Below, piece by piece: positions 1-11,063 of a stretch of DNA of 64,000 bases. How positions within the stretch are numbered: the stretch's first letter is position 1; every line of letters begins with the position of its first letter. The notes beneath the pieces were generated by a model. It searched no databases. It had not been told where the DNA came from and worked only from the letters and a program-made list of their open reading frames with translations. A program made the position numbers and the translations under genes. This stretch comes from Nitrosopumilaceae archaeon (lineage in GTDB: Archaea > Thermoproteota > Nitrososphaeria > Nitrososphaerales > Nitrosopumilaceae), in the NCBI GenBank assembly GCA_965214835.1, contig CBDCCK010000002.1, positions 1,408,001-1,472,000 on the forward strand. The letters run 5' to 3'.

Positions 1-62
1 TGTGCCTGTCCATGGGTGCATTGCCGTGGAATCTGACTGCCGTCAAAACTAAACAGTGGTGT

Positions 63-431
63 TTAGCCGTGTGGAGGTTCGATTATGTCATCCATGATTT
101 TTTTGCACACCGTGTTGTAAAATTCTGATGTCACAAAACATACACTTCGCCGAACCATACTGCTTTTTATCAAGCCGATCCGGTGACACATGACTTGACT
201 TTCTTCTCGCAGTTCAATACTTTCAAGATGACTTGGCAAAATTCTGATCAGATACTTGTCAGGGCTCATGTTGCTAGTAATTCCCGCACACAAGACAAAA
301 CCACTGCTGTCGTTAAAATCCTGCCGAGATATTACCAGTAAGGGACGGGTTTTTCTTTCCCTCTGGTCTGCATACCCCGGATCCGCTAAAATGATTTCCC
401 TTGGAGCAAGTTCATGATAAGCCATTTGCAA
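63..431 (-). CDS. PemK/MazF-family toxin (type II TA)
   Basis: KTRPLLVIS..FN motif and SQVMCHRI typical of the PemK/MazF fold; 122 aa. Confidence 0.8.
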   Translation of the reverse strand: MQMAYHELAPREIILADPGYADQRERKTRPLLVISRQDFNDSSGFVLCAGITSNMSPDKYLIRILPSHLESIELREESQVMCHRIGLIKSSMVRRSVCFVTSEFYNTVCKKIMDDIIEPPHG

Positions 432-456
432 ACAACGTGGTTATTAGCTATTATTC

Positions 457-639
457 TCAGTCGTCCCACATTACCCTGGTAAACTGTTCCATGTCATCTT
501 CAGCATCCTTTATCGGTTCATTCTCCCTTATACCCAATGAGACCAAGGGTTTGTCCTTGGATATGTTGCTTGATTGAATAAACCTTTTCGGAATGGTTTT
601 CACCTCGTACGTCTTGTCTGCATCATACGCATTCTCCAT
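457..639 (-). CDS. small acidic protein, putative antitoxin
   Basis: 60 aa, directly upstream of and co-oriented with the PemK toxin; acidic C-terminus. Confidence 0.45.
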   Translation of the reverse strand: MENAYDADKTYEVKTIPKRFIQSSNISKDKPLVSLGIRENEPIKDAEDDMEQFTRVMWDD

Positions 640-682
640 GGCATGTATCGTATTACACGTTTTTTAAACCTAGTGAGGATTC

Positions 683-1111
683 CAGTCTTCCCAGAAGTAA
701 CTCAGGGAGGCACCGGTGGAGGGGGCTTGAGCAGCGTCCTATGGTCTGATGTACGGCACTTGATCACGTCATTGAGGCACTGCTGGTCGATCATGGGATC
801 CTCGGAAATGATCCCCGTTATGTACCTCATCATCGCGTTTGCCATGACCAATGCGTTGAAGACTGCCGTCGAGTACACAAAGTACAGCATCCTTGCGGCC
901 GGGCTCTTGCTGTGAGTCCTAATCCTTGCGTTCTCTACCATCCGGTATCCTGTCTCGATCCCCCACCTGCGGCTGTACTCGTCCGGATCTATTCCGGGCA
1001 CGTTGGTTGCAAATCCGATGAGCCGTTCTTGTGCAGGCAGCTCCTCCTCCTTGATCCTATCTGACCGCTTTTTCCTTCTCTTTGTGATGACCATGGTGTA
1101 TCGTGCGGATC
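683..1111 (-). pseudogene. ISH3-family transposase 3' remnant with one terminal repeat
   Basis: FATN...YSRRWGIETGYR motif in ORF 702-1154; terminus CAGTCTTCCCAGAAGTA at 683. Confidence 0.8.
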
Positions 1112-1236
1112 CGGCCTTCCTAAAAGTGACCGACTCGTGGCGGTGCAGGAGCATGCGGATCTGCAGGCGACCTCATCTGAGTATCTGAGTTGTTTCTAGC
1201 CTGGGATAATCTGATGTGGTACTTCTGTGAAGACTG
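1112..1236. mobile_element. ISH3-type MITE (family E)
   Basis: Colinear with 56579-56699; right end TACTTCTGTGAAGACTG. Confidence 0.6.
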
Positions 1237-1276
1237 TTGTAGTGATTTGGTTGTTGATGCAGACAGGCTACTACAT

Positions 1277-1335
1277 CCCGGCAGAAAGGTTTCATGGCTT
1301 GCAAATGCCGGTTTCGTGATGATATCAGCTGGCAA
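1277..1335 (-). pseudogene. N-terminal fragment of a DUF4007/SspB-like gene
   Basis: TTG start overlapping the desulfurase stop, AGGAGG upstream, peptide LPADIITKPAFASHETFLP resembles the F-x-x-HETF start of DUF4007; breaks off next to a MITE/IS. Confidence 0.55.
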
Positions 1336-2521
1336 CGTTGCTTGCCTCCTCGACGGGTGGTTTGGAACCGGCCGATCTGGCAAGTTCGGCGGCTTTTGCA
1401 ATCTCCTCTACGGCCTTTTGGATGTCCCTCATTGTGTTTTGCTTTCCGATGGATACCCGAATACACTCGTCTGCAGCCGTCTCGTCCAGACCCATTGCCA
1501 GGAGCACGTGCGAGGGCCCCATGGCAGATGACGAGCATGCGCTTCCGGAGGATATCGCGATGTTCTTTGCGTTTGTGATCACGGCATCGGCCAGCACTCC
1601 CCTGATTCTGATATTGGACGTGTTTGGAAGGCGCTCTGCAGTCTCGCCGTTTATCGTAATATCTGGAACGGCCTTTTTTATCCTGCTTTCAAAGTTGTCG
1701 CGCAGCATCATGATCTTTTCAGATATCCTGCTGTCCTCAAGGCGTATCAGCTCGCACGCCTTGCCAAACCCGACAATTGCAGGGGTGTTTTCCGTCCCGC
1801 TGCGCACGTTTGCCTCTTGGCCTCCCCCCAGAATTGAGGCATGCAGGGTCTTGCGTATGGGGCGCGTTGCAATCAGGGCCCCGCATCCCTTGGGACCGTA
1901 CATCTTGTGGCTGCTGCAGGTGGCGGCGTCTATTCCCAGATCCATTATGCTTACCGGGATCTTTCCCACCGCCTGCGTTATGTCGCTGTGCAGGTATGCC
2001 CCTGCGTCATGTGCGACCTGGGCCAGCTCCCTTATCGGGTTTATCACCCCGGTCTCGCTGTTTGCCATCATTATGGACACCAGGTCTGCGGGATAGTCCC
2101 TGAGGAATGCCTTGAGGGCCTTTGGGCTGATCGTGCCGTCCAACCCTACTGGAATGGGCATTATGGAGATCATGTCCCGCCTGAACATGTCCAGGCAGGG
2201 CTCTATTACGGACCTGTGCTCTGTTGCCCCGTACAATATCCTGCAGTCATGGAGCATGTACTTTCCAAAGCTGCAGAGTATCAGGTTGTTTGCCTCAGTC
2301 GCACCCGAGGTAAAAAACACGTCCATGGCGCTGCATCCGACGGTAAGGGCCAGATCCTCGCGTGCCTGGTCCAGCATGTCTGCCACATCCGCGCCCTCAT
2401 CGTGCGCGCTGGACGGGTTTGCAAAGTGCTCTGTGTGCATTTTGTTCATGGCATCAACTACGCGCTGGTCTACCGGCGTGGCAGCGTTGTAATCAAGATA
2501 CACCAATGAGAAGACATGCAA
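1325..2521 (-). CDS. iscS: cysteine desulfurase (IscS/DndA/SspA-like)
   Basis: YLDYNAATP, SSHKMYGPKG (PLP Lys), GGGQE..RSGTEN, SSGSACSS (catalytic Cys). Confidence 0.95.
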   Translation of the reverse strand: MHVFSLVYLDYNAATPVDQRVVDAMNKMHTEHFANPSSAHDEGADVADMLDQAREDLALTVGCSAMDVFFTSGATEANNLILCSFGKYMLHDCRILYGATEHRSVIEPCLDMFRRDMISIMPIPVGLDGTISPKALKAFLRDYPADLVSIMMANSETGVINPIRELAQVAHDAGAYLHSDITQAVGKIPVSIMDLGIDAATCSSHKMYGPKGCGALIATRPIRKTLHASILGGGQEANVRSGTENTPAIVGFGKACELIRLEDSRISEKIMMLRDNFESRIKKAVPDITINGETAERLPNTSNIRIRGVLADAVITNAKNIAISSGSACSSSAMGPSHVLLAMGLDETAADECIRVSIGKQNTMRDIQKAVEEIAKAAELARSAGSKPPVEEASNVAS

Positions 2522-2580
2522 TGCCGCACATTATAAAGATGAGGCAGCGTTTCAGATCAGAATTTTTGTGAAATTCCAAA

Positions 2581-2653
2581 GTTCGAATACTGCACAGAAG
2601 AGTTCGAATCCCAAAACGCGCTAGTTCGAATACTGCACAAAAGAGTTCGAATC
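2581..2653. repeat. direct repeat GTTCGAATACTGCACA(G/A)AAGAGTTCGAATC x2
   Basis: Two 30-bp copies at 2581 and 2624, each with two TTCGAA palindromes. Confidence 0.85.
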
Positions 2654-2715
2654 CTTTTTTGTGAAAATGGTTATATTCCGTTTGTCAGGAACAAATACTG
2701 TCATGGAATCTGCTC

Positions 2716-3025
2716 ATGGAAACTCAAGAGTTCGAATCTCATCGGGCCCATCCTTGGATTCATGTGCGGTGCGCGAAAGCTGGGACGAGCTGGATCCGGT
2801 GCAAAAGCAAAGCTGATTCAAAGGCATACAACGGCAAACCCTCACAGAAGTCGGCGGGTTCGAAACGGACACCTACCGAAACTGCCGGTGCCACGGACGG
2901 GTTCCGTGCAAGTGCAGATGAAAAATCGGCCTCAAATGTAATCCGCTCTTGGAACAGGATGGTGGCAAATCCTGCAAAACAACTGCTTGGCAACGACGAC
3001 GTGCGCAGGTGGTATGACAACCTAC
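2716..3025 (+). pseudogene. site-specific integrase N-terminal remnant
   Basis: LLGNDDVRRWYDNL resembles the N-terminus of archaeal tyrosine integrases; fused to an ISH3 remnant downstream. Confidence 0.5.
2728..2750 (+). other. putative att site (tRNA 3' fragment)
   Basis: GAGTTCGAATCTCATCGGGCCCA resembles a T-loop, the 3' T-stem, acceptor strand CGGGCCC and discriminator A; lies inside an integrase-like frame. Confidence 0.55.
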
Positions 3026-3360
3026 ACAGTTCAAGCAGGCTGCTTGTGTTCTTTGTGTCTGTCTTTGTGTATAACATGTGGGCCATCGAGCGCAACAGGG
3101 ATGACATATGGTGCAAGAGAAGAGTATGTGGTCACCTACCCCTATCAATCAGGCATGAATTGGCAGGCACAATTATGATTTTCGTGCCTAGCTAGTAAGG
3201 GGACGTGACCTTATACAGAGAAGGGACTTTACACTGTTGCCGGTCGCATGCGCGCTTCTCATGGCTTCTAGGAGAAGCCCTGCAGAATACGGGTTTGCCG
3301 ATCCGCCACCGCAGAGCCGCGGTGGCTTTTGCGAGGTTGTATTTCCGTCTACTGCTTGAA
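3026..3360 (+). pseudogene. ISH3 transposase 3' remnant interrupted by a MITE
   Basis: RLLVFFVSVFVYNMW resembles RLLLFYMSVILYNLW of the intact ISH3 transposase; homologous to 38520-38800 (reverse). Confidence 0.6.
3124..3216. mobile_element. MITE family A (IS66-like ends)
   Basis: GTATGTGGTCAC...GTGACCTTATAC; flanks AGAGAAGA/AGAGAAGG (7/8 TSD). Confidence 0.8.
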
Positions 3361-3438
3361 GTACACGCGGTGACATGTGGATCTACAGGCAACTTAATTT
3401 GAATTGTTTCGAATTTGGAACCGTTTTATGGAGTACTA

Positions 3439-3516
3439 GACTTTATGCGTAATCGGTTCAGATCTAGGATTATCACGAACAAATTCGCCTCATTCAGGTC
3501 GATTACGCATAAAGTC
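3439..3516. mobile_element. MITE family B (ends of the IS5/ISL2-like element)
   Basis: TIR GACTTTATGCGTAATCG; TA flanks. Confidence 0.85.
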
Positions 3517-6500
3517 TACAGTTTGTAATGATGAGGCAAACGTGCTTCGGCAGCGTCCTTCAGGGTACCGCTTTTGATGTCATGTATCATCGCTTTGAGA
3601 TTTTTCTCAAAGTGTGGTGAATCCCCCTCGCTTGTGGTTATCAATCTGTCTACAAGGCCTAGGTTTTTGTATTCTGTCAGTTTTTGATCCCATCTTTTTG
3701 AATATTTTTTATCACGTAGAAGACCAAGGTGTTCGACGTAGAACTTGCCATTAATCTTAAAGTCTGGCTTTATTTTGGATTGCTCGTACAGATCCATGGG
3801 TTCATATTCAAAGTCTATGTTGGATTCATCAAGCATCTTTGCAATCATCCATTCGATCTTGGAGCGCACCTCTAACACTCTGCCGTCTTTTGTACGGAGG
3901 TGATACGACCTGAATGGAGAATTTTTAAACCCGAACATCAGGGTTTTTTTGTCCGTAATCGAGGAATTTCCAAACACACGATTCAGCATATCTGGGAGGC
4001 CACCTGATAGATCACTTTTGATCAGCAAGTGCAGTTTTGTCTTGGTTCGTGTCAGTCCCGTATACAGCAGCTCACGGGACACGAACTGCTTGATATCAGA
4101 TATGATGAACAGAACGTGGTCGAACCCGCTCCCCTGAGACTTGTGAACAGTTATGGCGTATCCAAGATCAAACTTCAAGTCGCCGCTGTCGCCTTGTTTG
4201 CTGTTAATCTCGTCACGAATCCTGCCGTCGTTCACATAATCGTATTTTTGTCGAAGATCCTCGAGCTCTTCAAAGTAGGGTGAACCGTCATGCCTTATGT
4301 ATCCAAGCGATCCGTTGGCCAGTCCAAGATTCCAAAACTCCTTTCCGTTTTGGGTTACTTTAAGATAGATGTTTTTCTCGCATATCACTTTGTCACCGGG
4401 AACAAAAGGATCCTTGTAAGCATTGCTTATTGGCGTTGTAGATGAGCTGTTCTGATCGGTACCCGTGGCGGCAAGCCGATTTAGTATTACGGTTCCAAAG
4501 TCACGCACCCTTCTTGGTGCCAGCATCTGAATTCTGTCTAGTTTGATCTCCTTTTTGTTGTCATTGCAGACGATATTGCTAATAGCATCTCGAATCGATG
4601 TATTATCTGCGCATGCTGCTATTTCGGAGAGTATTTTAGTTATGTTCTGTTCAAGTTCGTACATATCCTCAAAATAGCAGATCTCAAGTGTTTTGTCAGT
4701 ATGGGTAAGTGCCTGCTTTATCTCGCACAAGGAGGGTTCCTTGTCGTGTTCAAACAACCCAGCCAGAGATCCCAATGCGGTGTTAGAATCAAACCTAAGG
4801 TTGTCCTCTAGCCGGATGTGGTTGTTATCGCGATGTTTGTTTTTCAGGTAGTGTATGGTGTCTACAAACGGGATCCCGTATCCTATCGGAGGTAACTGCT
4901 TTTCATCACCTGTGATTATCAGGTGTTTTAGGCTGGCACGATCTATGGTTAGTAGCAGGACGGCCATCTGAGCCTGGTCTACCATCGAGGCCTCATCGAT
5001 TATCAGGACGCGTGGTTTTAGCTTTACCTGTTTAACAGAATCTTCAAGATCAGCCAGACACTCAAGTCTATGATCTAATACCTTCTTTAGATTGTATTTG
5101 TATTTATCACGTACTCCTTTTTCAGAAGTACTGTTCGCAGAATACAGTAGTTTGTGGATTGTGGATATGGAGATAGAGTTTTTTGTTGCTGCCTCCATAT
5201 CTGGACAATGATCCTTTATCCGTTTCTGGATGACTAGGGATGCCTTTCCTGTGGGTGTGACAACATAAACCGGCTTGACGTTGTTTTTGGCAAAATGGCA
5301 GATCAGCTGGACTATTGTGTCTGTCTTACCGCTACCTGCTCTCCCAGACAATACAAATAATCCGTGGGCAAAGATATTGCGGTACATATCTTGCCGCCTC
5401 TGGATAGACATGTCTGATAATTTTTCACTCAGATGCGGTGTAAATTTTTTGGATGGTGTGTCAAGTTCATAGCATTTGTCTAACTGTTTTTTTACAAAAT
5501 ATTCTGTGATTGATTCCAACTTTCGAATGCTTTTCAGCTGGTAGGTTACATCACCATCCGTACTAGGATGCGGACATATATCGAATCTGTCTGCAAATGT
5601 AGGCATGCCTTCAAGTGATCGAAGCTTGTTCCGGCCGATGCTGAGTTTCTTGTGTATGTAATACAGTGGATAATTCTCTAGCTGCTCTACTACGCTGTCT
5701 CTTGAAAGATACGTAGAGCCAGATTTGTCTGCATGATCCTTTAGAATCTTCGTTACTGCAGCTCTCAACCGTTCTGGAGAATCCGAGTTAAACCCGTAAT
5801 ACCAGTCGGCATAACTAGGATCTGGAATCATGGCTATATCGATTTGGTATAGTGACGGTTCGTCTTCCGGCTCGATCTTTGAGTTTTCTAGGATCATATA
5901 CGGGTCATGTTCCATATCCTCTACAGTATGTATGTCCAACAATCCTATGACATGGTTAAGCTGGACATCAGAAAAGTCAAACCTTGAGAGAAACTCCAAT
6001 TCTTTTTTCTGGTTTTTTATGATCCTACACACCCTGACCATCCTTCCATTCGATTCCTGCATGTCGGGTGGAAGCCTGTCCAGATTTTCAAAGTCATCTT
6101 TTATGATGTTTCGCATCTCCGATGCAAGATCTGGCACAAGCTGTTCGTCAAAATCTTTTTCCAAGATCAAGCGCAACGCGGTGTCAAGACTAGGATACCT
6201 TCCACGCTCTTTCCATGCAATCTCAAGCATACGATCAAGCTGCATGTCAATTCGGTCTAGCCGTCCGGAATCTATCAATCCGTCCTTTTTCATGGATCTT
6301 AGCGATCTTCTCAGGAGGTACAGGAGGTATATTGCCTTGTCATGCGAGATGTGTTTTGAGACATATTTGAAATCAGGGATCATGTTAGACTCCTCTATGG
6401 GGATCATCATGTCTTCCACAGCAGTCCCTCGAACATCCTGTGCAGGTACCGGCACCGCGCCATCATCATGAATGTCACTGTTGTGACTGTCGTACCACTG

Positions 6501-6802
6501 TAGGTATTCTTGGTATGGTAGTACAAAACTGCATTCCGGATCTAATCGGATCTTGAACTGCCACGCCGACTTGGGAAAGTTTTTCATGTTGGGACTGCTA
6601 CGCATACTCCGTAAGAACTCATCACTCATGTCATAATCCTGTGGTTTTGTGACATCGGATATCAGCCCCGCACCCACTAGAAGATACTTATGATCATCTC
6701 CAGTTAGGGGGTTGCTGTAGTTGCAGTAAGTAAACACTAGTGATTTTTTGTGTTTTAGCTCGCCAAGAAACAAGTCCGTTTTGCTGGCCAACTCCTTCAA
6801 AT

Positions 6803-8218
6803 CAGTAGTTCCTCGATGTACTTTTGCAGGCACGATAATTACGCAATTTGCCGAGATTTTTTGACCATCATACTATAGATCAGGCGGTGTGCCAACCATC
6901 ATCATGATACCAACACAAAACGACGTGTTTGCACACCAGTTTGACATAACATCGAGACAGTTTAAAACATTGCGACGGCGGTTTTCCAAGCTCGGGCTGG
7001 CCGTCTCAAAGAGTCGCAACGCAGTGTATGGCCACATCGACGCACTGCGCGTTCTATATTTCATGTCTGAGAGGAAGATGTTTGCAGAATCTGCCGTGAC
7101 GCACCTTCGCAGGCGGGCCTCAAAATGCAGCAGGCAGCAGCATGACGACGGGGCTGCCTCCAAGGGCGGCGCGTATAGTTGCCGTACGCCTAGTCCGGAC
7201 TGGATCCTAAAGGCGATCCGGGGCGTCAGCCTGGATGATGCGCAAAAGTGGTGCAGCTCCATGCTGCAGCATACGGTAAGGTGCGCCCGCAGGTCAGGCA
7301 TGCTGCACAACACGGACGTCGTGGCAGTGGACGTTACCGACGTGGAATACTATGGCAAGGGCCTGGAGGATATCGCCAGAAAGTCAAAGCCCAAGAACGG
7401 CACGTCGACGTTTCTCTCGCACATTACCATGCACGGAATAGGATCAGATGACGGGTCTGACCTCGTGCTTTCCTCGCTGCAGCTTCCAAAAGAGGCAAAA
7501 CTGGCCGATTTCGTGCCTAAAATGATCCGCAAGGCGTCCAGATCAGGGATGAGGATCAAGACGTTCCTGTATGACCGCGGGTTCTTTAACGTGGACTGCA
7601 TGAGGGCTGCAGAAACAAGCACGGGCAGCTACATCATGCCTGCCGTCAAGAACAGGAGGATAGTGGCGGCAATAGAGGAGCATGACCGCGGAGAACGCGG
7701 TGCGGTATCAAAATATACAATGACCAACAAGGACGGCAAGAGCGCCACATTCAGGCTAGTCATTGTGGAAAAGGACGAGGTAGAAAAGGACGGCACGGCA
7801 GCAGCAAAGAAGGACAAGGCAGAAGAGACCATAGCCGACAGGTATCTGGTCTTTGCCACCAACATGTCTGCTAAAAGTGCAGAGGCAGTCATTGAGCAGA
7901 TACCGGAGGAGTACCGCAGTCGGTGGGGAATCGAGACCGGGTTCAGGGTGATCAAGGGGATAATGGGCAAGACGTGCAGCAATTCCCCGGTCGTCAGGCT
8001 GCTGCTGTTCTATATGTCTGTCATACTGTACAACCTGTGGAGGACTGCCGTGTTCATAGACGTGGAATCCAAGTGGGACGGATTTGCAGGAGGGAAGGGG
8101 TTTACCATGATGCTGTTTGTCGCGTGCATTGTCGATGCGGCCGACTCGTTTGTAAACGATCGCGGAAAGTAGCGGAGGTGCCGTGTCGGGTCTGCAAAAG
8201 TACATCTAGGAAGTACTG
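6803..8218 (+). mobile_element. ISH3-family IS, copy 1 (1416 bp)
   Basis: TIR CAGTA(G/C)TTCCT(C/A)GATGTACTTTTGCAG; 4-bp TSD AAAT. Confidence 0.95.
6889..8172 (+). CDS. ISH3 DDE transposase
   Basis: VAVDVT, LYDRGF, YRSRWGIETGFR. Confidence 0.93.
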   Translation: MPTIIMIPTQNDVFAHQFDITSRQFKTLRRRFSKLGLAVSKSRNAVYGHIDALRVLYFMSERKMFAESAVTHLRRRASKCSRQQHDDGAASKGGAYSCRTPSPDWILKAIRGVSLDDAQKWCSSMLQHTVRCARRSGMLHNTDVVAVDVTDVEYYGKGLEDIARKSKPKNGTSTFLSHITMHGIGSDDGSDLVLSSLQLPKEAKLADFVPKMIRKASRSGMRIKTFLYDRGFFNVDCMRAAETSTGSYIMPAVKNRRIVAAIEEHDRGERGAVSKYTMTNKDGKSATFRLVIVEKDEVEKDGTAAAKKDKAEETIADRYLVFATNMSAKSAEAVIEQIPEEYRSRWGIETGFRVIKGIMGKTCSNSPVVRLLLFYMSVILYNLWRTAVFIDVESKWDGFAGGKGFTMMLFVACIVDAADSFVNDRGK

Positions 8219-8776
8219 AAATCTACATATCTAGATATTTCTGGTTTTTTTCCATATCCTATTGAAAACGGCCAGGAAAATATCGTGAATGGATCTATTT
8301 TATGTTCGAGTGGAGGTATGTCTGCAAAATTTGGATCTAGATCTGCAAACGGGTGTTTGTCTTGAATGGTACAGTTTGCATCACCCTGTAGGTTTATGGA
8401 CCAGTAGCATGGAGGCACGTATCCTGTCTTGCTTATCTCCTTGATGGACATGCCTTTGAATTTCTCCTCCTGATCCAAGTCTATCCTTCGTTGGAGTCTT
8501 GTTGAAAGAAGGGAATAGTTTCCGGTGCAATAGATGTTGCTTCTCGGATCCTTGCAGACGTGGCCATTCCATCCAGAATCATGCCACGCTAGTCTGATGG
8601 ACAGATGCTTCGTCAATGTTTGTAGAATATATCTAGATGTAATTAAGGTAACTATACTTGTAATCATAAATTCTTGAAGGCCAATTACTGCCGGTAAGAG
8701 TATCTGATCGTGAAGTACTTCAGGAGCTTTTGCCCGTCAGCATACCAAGATTATAAGCAGACGGCATGATGATCAA

Positions 8777-10624
8777 GTGATGTCCAATGAGCAGATGAAG
8801 GCACAGTTCATGAAGGAGATACAGGACATTTCCAAAGAGCACAACATAAAGGACTATCAGGCATTCCCACGGTGGGTGTGTGCCAACATCCTGGATATTG
8901 ACAGCGAGCTTGATGTTGATGAAGCGGTAAGCATTGATGGCCCCAACGACTATGGTATTGACATACTATACATTGACGATGGAGACGAAACTAACCAGTC
9001 CGTGTGGATTGTTCAGTCAAAATTCAGCAACACGCTAGACCATACGGTGGATCGAGAGGAGATCCTGTCTTTTAGAGAGACCCTGAGATATTTGGAAAAC
9101 TGTCCGGGAGATACCAATTCTGATTTTAAGCAAAAGTCCAGAGACTATAACATACTACGGCAAGAAAACCCCGGCTTGAAGAAGATAATGCTTTTTGCCG
9201 TCACAGGCCACCTAAACGATCAGGCAAGGCAGCTTATTCAGGACGAACGCAACAAGCTTTCCCAGGACACCGATATCGAAATACTAGATCTGGGTGAGGT
9301 TCTCTCACATGTGCAAACTCCCAGTACCCCAGACATCAAAGTTCACTTTAATGGCAACATAATAAAGCGCCCCGATCCCACCACCAAGAAGGAATCAATC
9401 GTAGGGCATGTAAGTGCACATGAACTGATCAAGTCCATAAGGCCGTACAGGCGCTCCGTTTACCTGGAAAATCCGCGTGAACACCTGAGCATGTCGTCAA
9501 CAAACAGGGAAATCCTAAGGACCGTTACTGATTCGGAGAGGAGAAAGAAGTTCTGGAAACTAAACAATGGCATTACTGCCGTATGTGATGGCTTTGAGGA
9601 AACCGCGCCTAACGAGTTCATCGTCAAGAACCTCAAAGTCGTAAACGGAAGACAGACGACATTTGCCCTGGAAAAATCACCAGAGACAATAGATGGCATA
9701 TTTGTGACACTGATCATACATGAGACGGCAGACGACGACGAGCGCATACTGATAAGCCAGACTACAAACACACAAAACCCGATCAGACCCATCGACTTGA
9801 TAGCAACTGCCAACGAGCTGCGTGATCTTGTGTCACAGTGCAGAATACGCTTTCCTAGCTTTTATTTTGAGAGGCAAACCAAGGGATTCGATTCTGCATC
9901 TTCACGCATACAGAACAGTGTAACGCCATGCAGACTCTTGGAGAAAAACACCACTGCGAGGGCATATTATGCATACGCAATTGATCCCAACGGTGCCATG
10001 ATGCCAGACAGGGATCTGTTCTCGCTTACAGAACGCACCGAATACGACAGGGTGTTTTTGAACCGCAGGATCGAGGAGATGATAATACCGCACATATTCC
10101 TAAAGACCCTGGATGAGCTGTGTGGCAACTGGCGCAAAAAATCCCGAGCCGGGGATCCTAAAGACAGTGTCAAATACAAAAGACAGGCCCAGATATTTGG
10201 CAAGCGGATTACAAAGTACTTTGTCTTGCGATTCATAGGAATTACAATGTCGGAAATAAGAAACGATCAGCGGCAGTCCGTTGAGGAAGAAATCATCAAG
10301 GTGTTTCGGGATCTGGGGATGCGCGACAGGATTCCAGAGTCGCTTCTTGACGTGGTTGAGGCCACATGTACAAGCTTTATGCTCTGGTTTGACTCGCGCA
10401 AGGGGGACACGTGGCCCACTGCACTATACGAAAAAACCTCTGCGCCGGGATACAGGATGGATGAGAACGAGGTTCCTGCACCATACGATATCATGTATGG
10501 GCTAAAAAAACACGGTAGCAAGATACTGCAGTCACTTGATGATGAGAGAAGGCGGCGCATGGAACTTGATGATGGCAGAGATGCGATAAGGTCAAAACTC
10601 TTGGGCTTTGTGCCAGAGAAGTGA
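8777..10624 (+). CDS. AIPR-family protein
   Basis: DGPNDYGID..QSKF N-terminus; ENPR..L, FWKLNNGIT, VVNGRQTT, TNTQNPI motifs. Confidence 0.9.
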   Translation: MMSNEQMKAQFMKEIQDISKEHNIKDYQAFPRWVCANILDIDSELDVDEAVSIDGPNDYGIDILYIDDGDETNQSVWIVQSKFSNTLDHTVDREEILSFRETLRYLENCPGDTNSDFKQKSRDYNILRQENPGLKKIMLFAVTGHLNDQARQLIQDERNKLSQDTDIEILDLGEVLSHVQTPSTPDIKVHFNGNIIKRPDPTTKKESIVGHVSAHELIKSIRPYRRSVYLENPREHLSMSSTNREILRTVTDSERRKKFWKLNNGITAVCDGFEETAPNEFIVKNLKVVNGRQTTFALEKSPETIDGIFVTLIIHETADDDERILISQTTNTQNPIRPIDLIATANELRDLVSQCRIRFPSFYFERQTKGFDSASSRIQNSVTPCRLLEKNTTARAYYAYAIDPNGAMMPDRDLFSLTERTEYDRVFLNRRIEEMIIPHIFLKTLDELCGNWRKKSRAGDPKDSVKYKRQAQIFGKRITKYFVLRFIGITMSEIRNDQRQSVEEEIIKVFRDLGMRDRIPESLLDVVEATCTSFMLWFDSRKGDTWPTALYEKTSAPGYRMDENEVPAPYDIMYGLKKHGSKILQSLDDERRRRMELDDGRDAIRSKLLGFVPEK

Positions 10625-10679
10625 CTGCCATACAAAGCCATGCTGCGCAATTGGAAGGATTTCCGGCGATGCTTCTAAG

Positions 10680-10812
10680 CTCTAACAGCTTCGTGCCTAA
10701 AAACCCAACACTGAAATTTTAATCGGCTAGGCGGCCTTGGGCTTTGGTTATGTCCAAACCCCCCCTTGCAGCAAAATTCGCGCCTGTATGCTGTAGTAAC
10801 CTAGTCTATTAC
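10680..10812 (-). repeat. dispersed repeat, homologous to 26658-26790
   Basis: GTAATAGAC-x-AG...AGGCGCGAATT-x-TGC-x-GCAAG..GGGTTTGGA shared; starts with GTAATAG like the IS66 TIR; distal boundary approximate. Confidence 0.55.
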
Positions 10813-11063
10813 CAGTATCTCCTCTCAATATATGCCGGTTCAGAAAAGCGGTAACTCGTATGAAGTTCGGCCTGTATGATGCCATTGGATGGAACCTTGG
10901 GGTGCAAAACAACACGAGTGCACCACAAGGCTTGGCATGCAGATGGAGGTGGCCTGAGGTGAGCTGTGCGGCGACCCCCTCGCTACGATCAGTGATTTAC
11001 ATGGGGCCATGACAGAGAAGCCTGATTCACGCCTAAGACTTGGACTGCAGATGCTGCAGCATT

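Larger units (their letters stand above)
3516..8667 (-). pseudogene. RecD-like SF1 helicase with C-terminal PD-(D/E)XK nuclease, split by ISH3
   Basis: GRAGSGKT, IIDEASM, GDEKQLPP, YAITVHKSQGS; C-terminal VRSKIE..FEYEP..PDF..YVEHLG; removing the IS and one TSD restores the frame (..RYVD-LKELASK..). Confidence 0.9.

Noticed and set aside
2581-2750. Complete tRNA gene around the GTTCGAAT motifs
   Set aside because: No D-arm, anticodon arm or 5' acceptor strand; only a 3' fragment is supportable.
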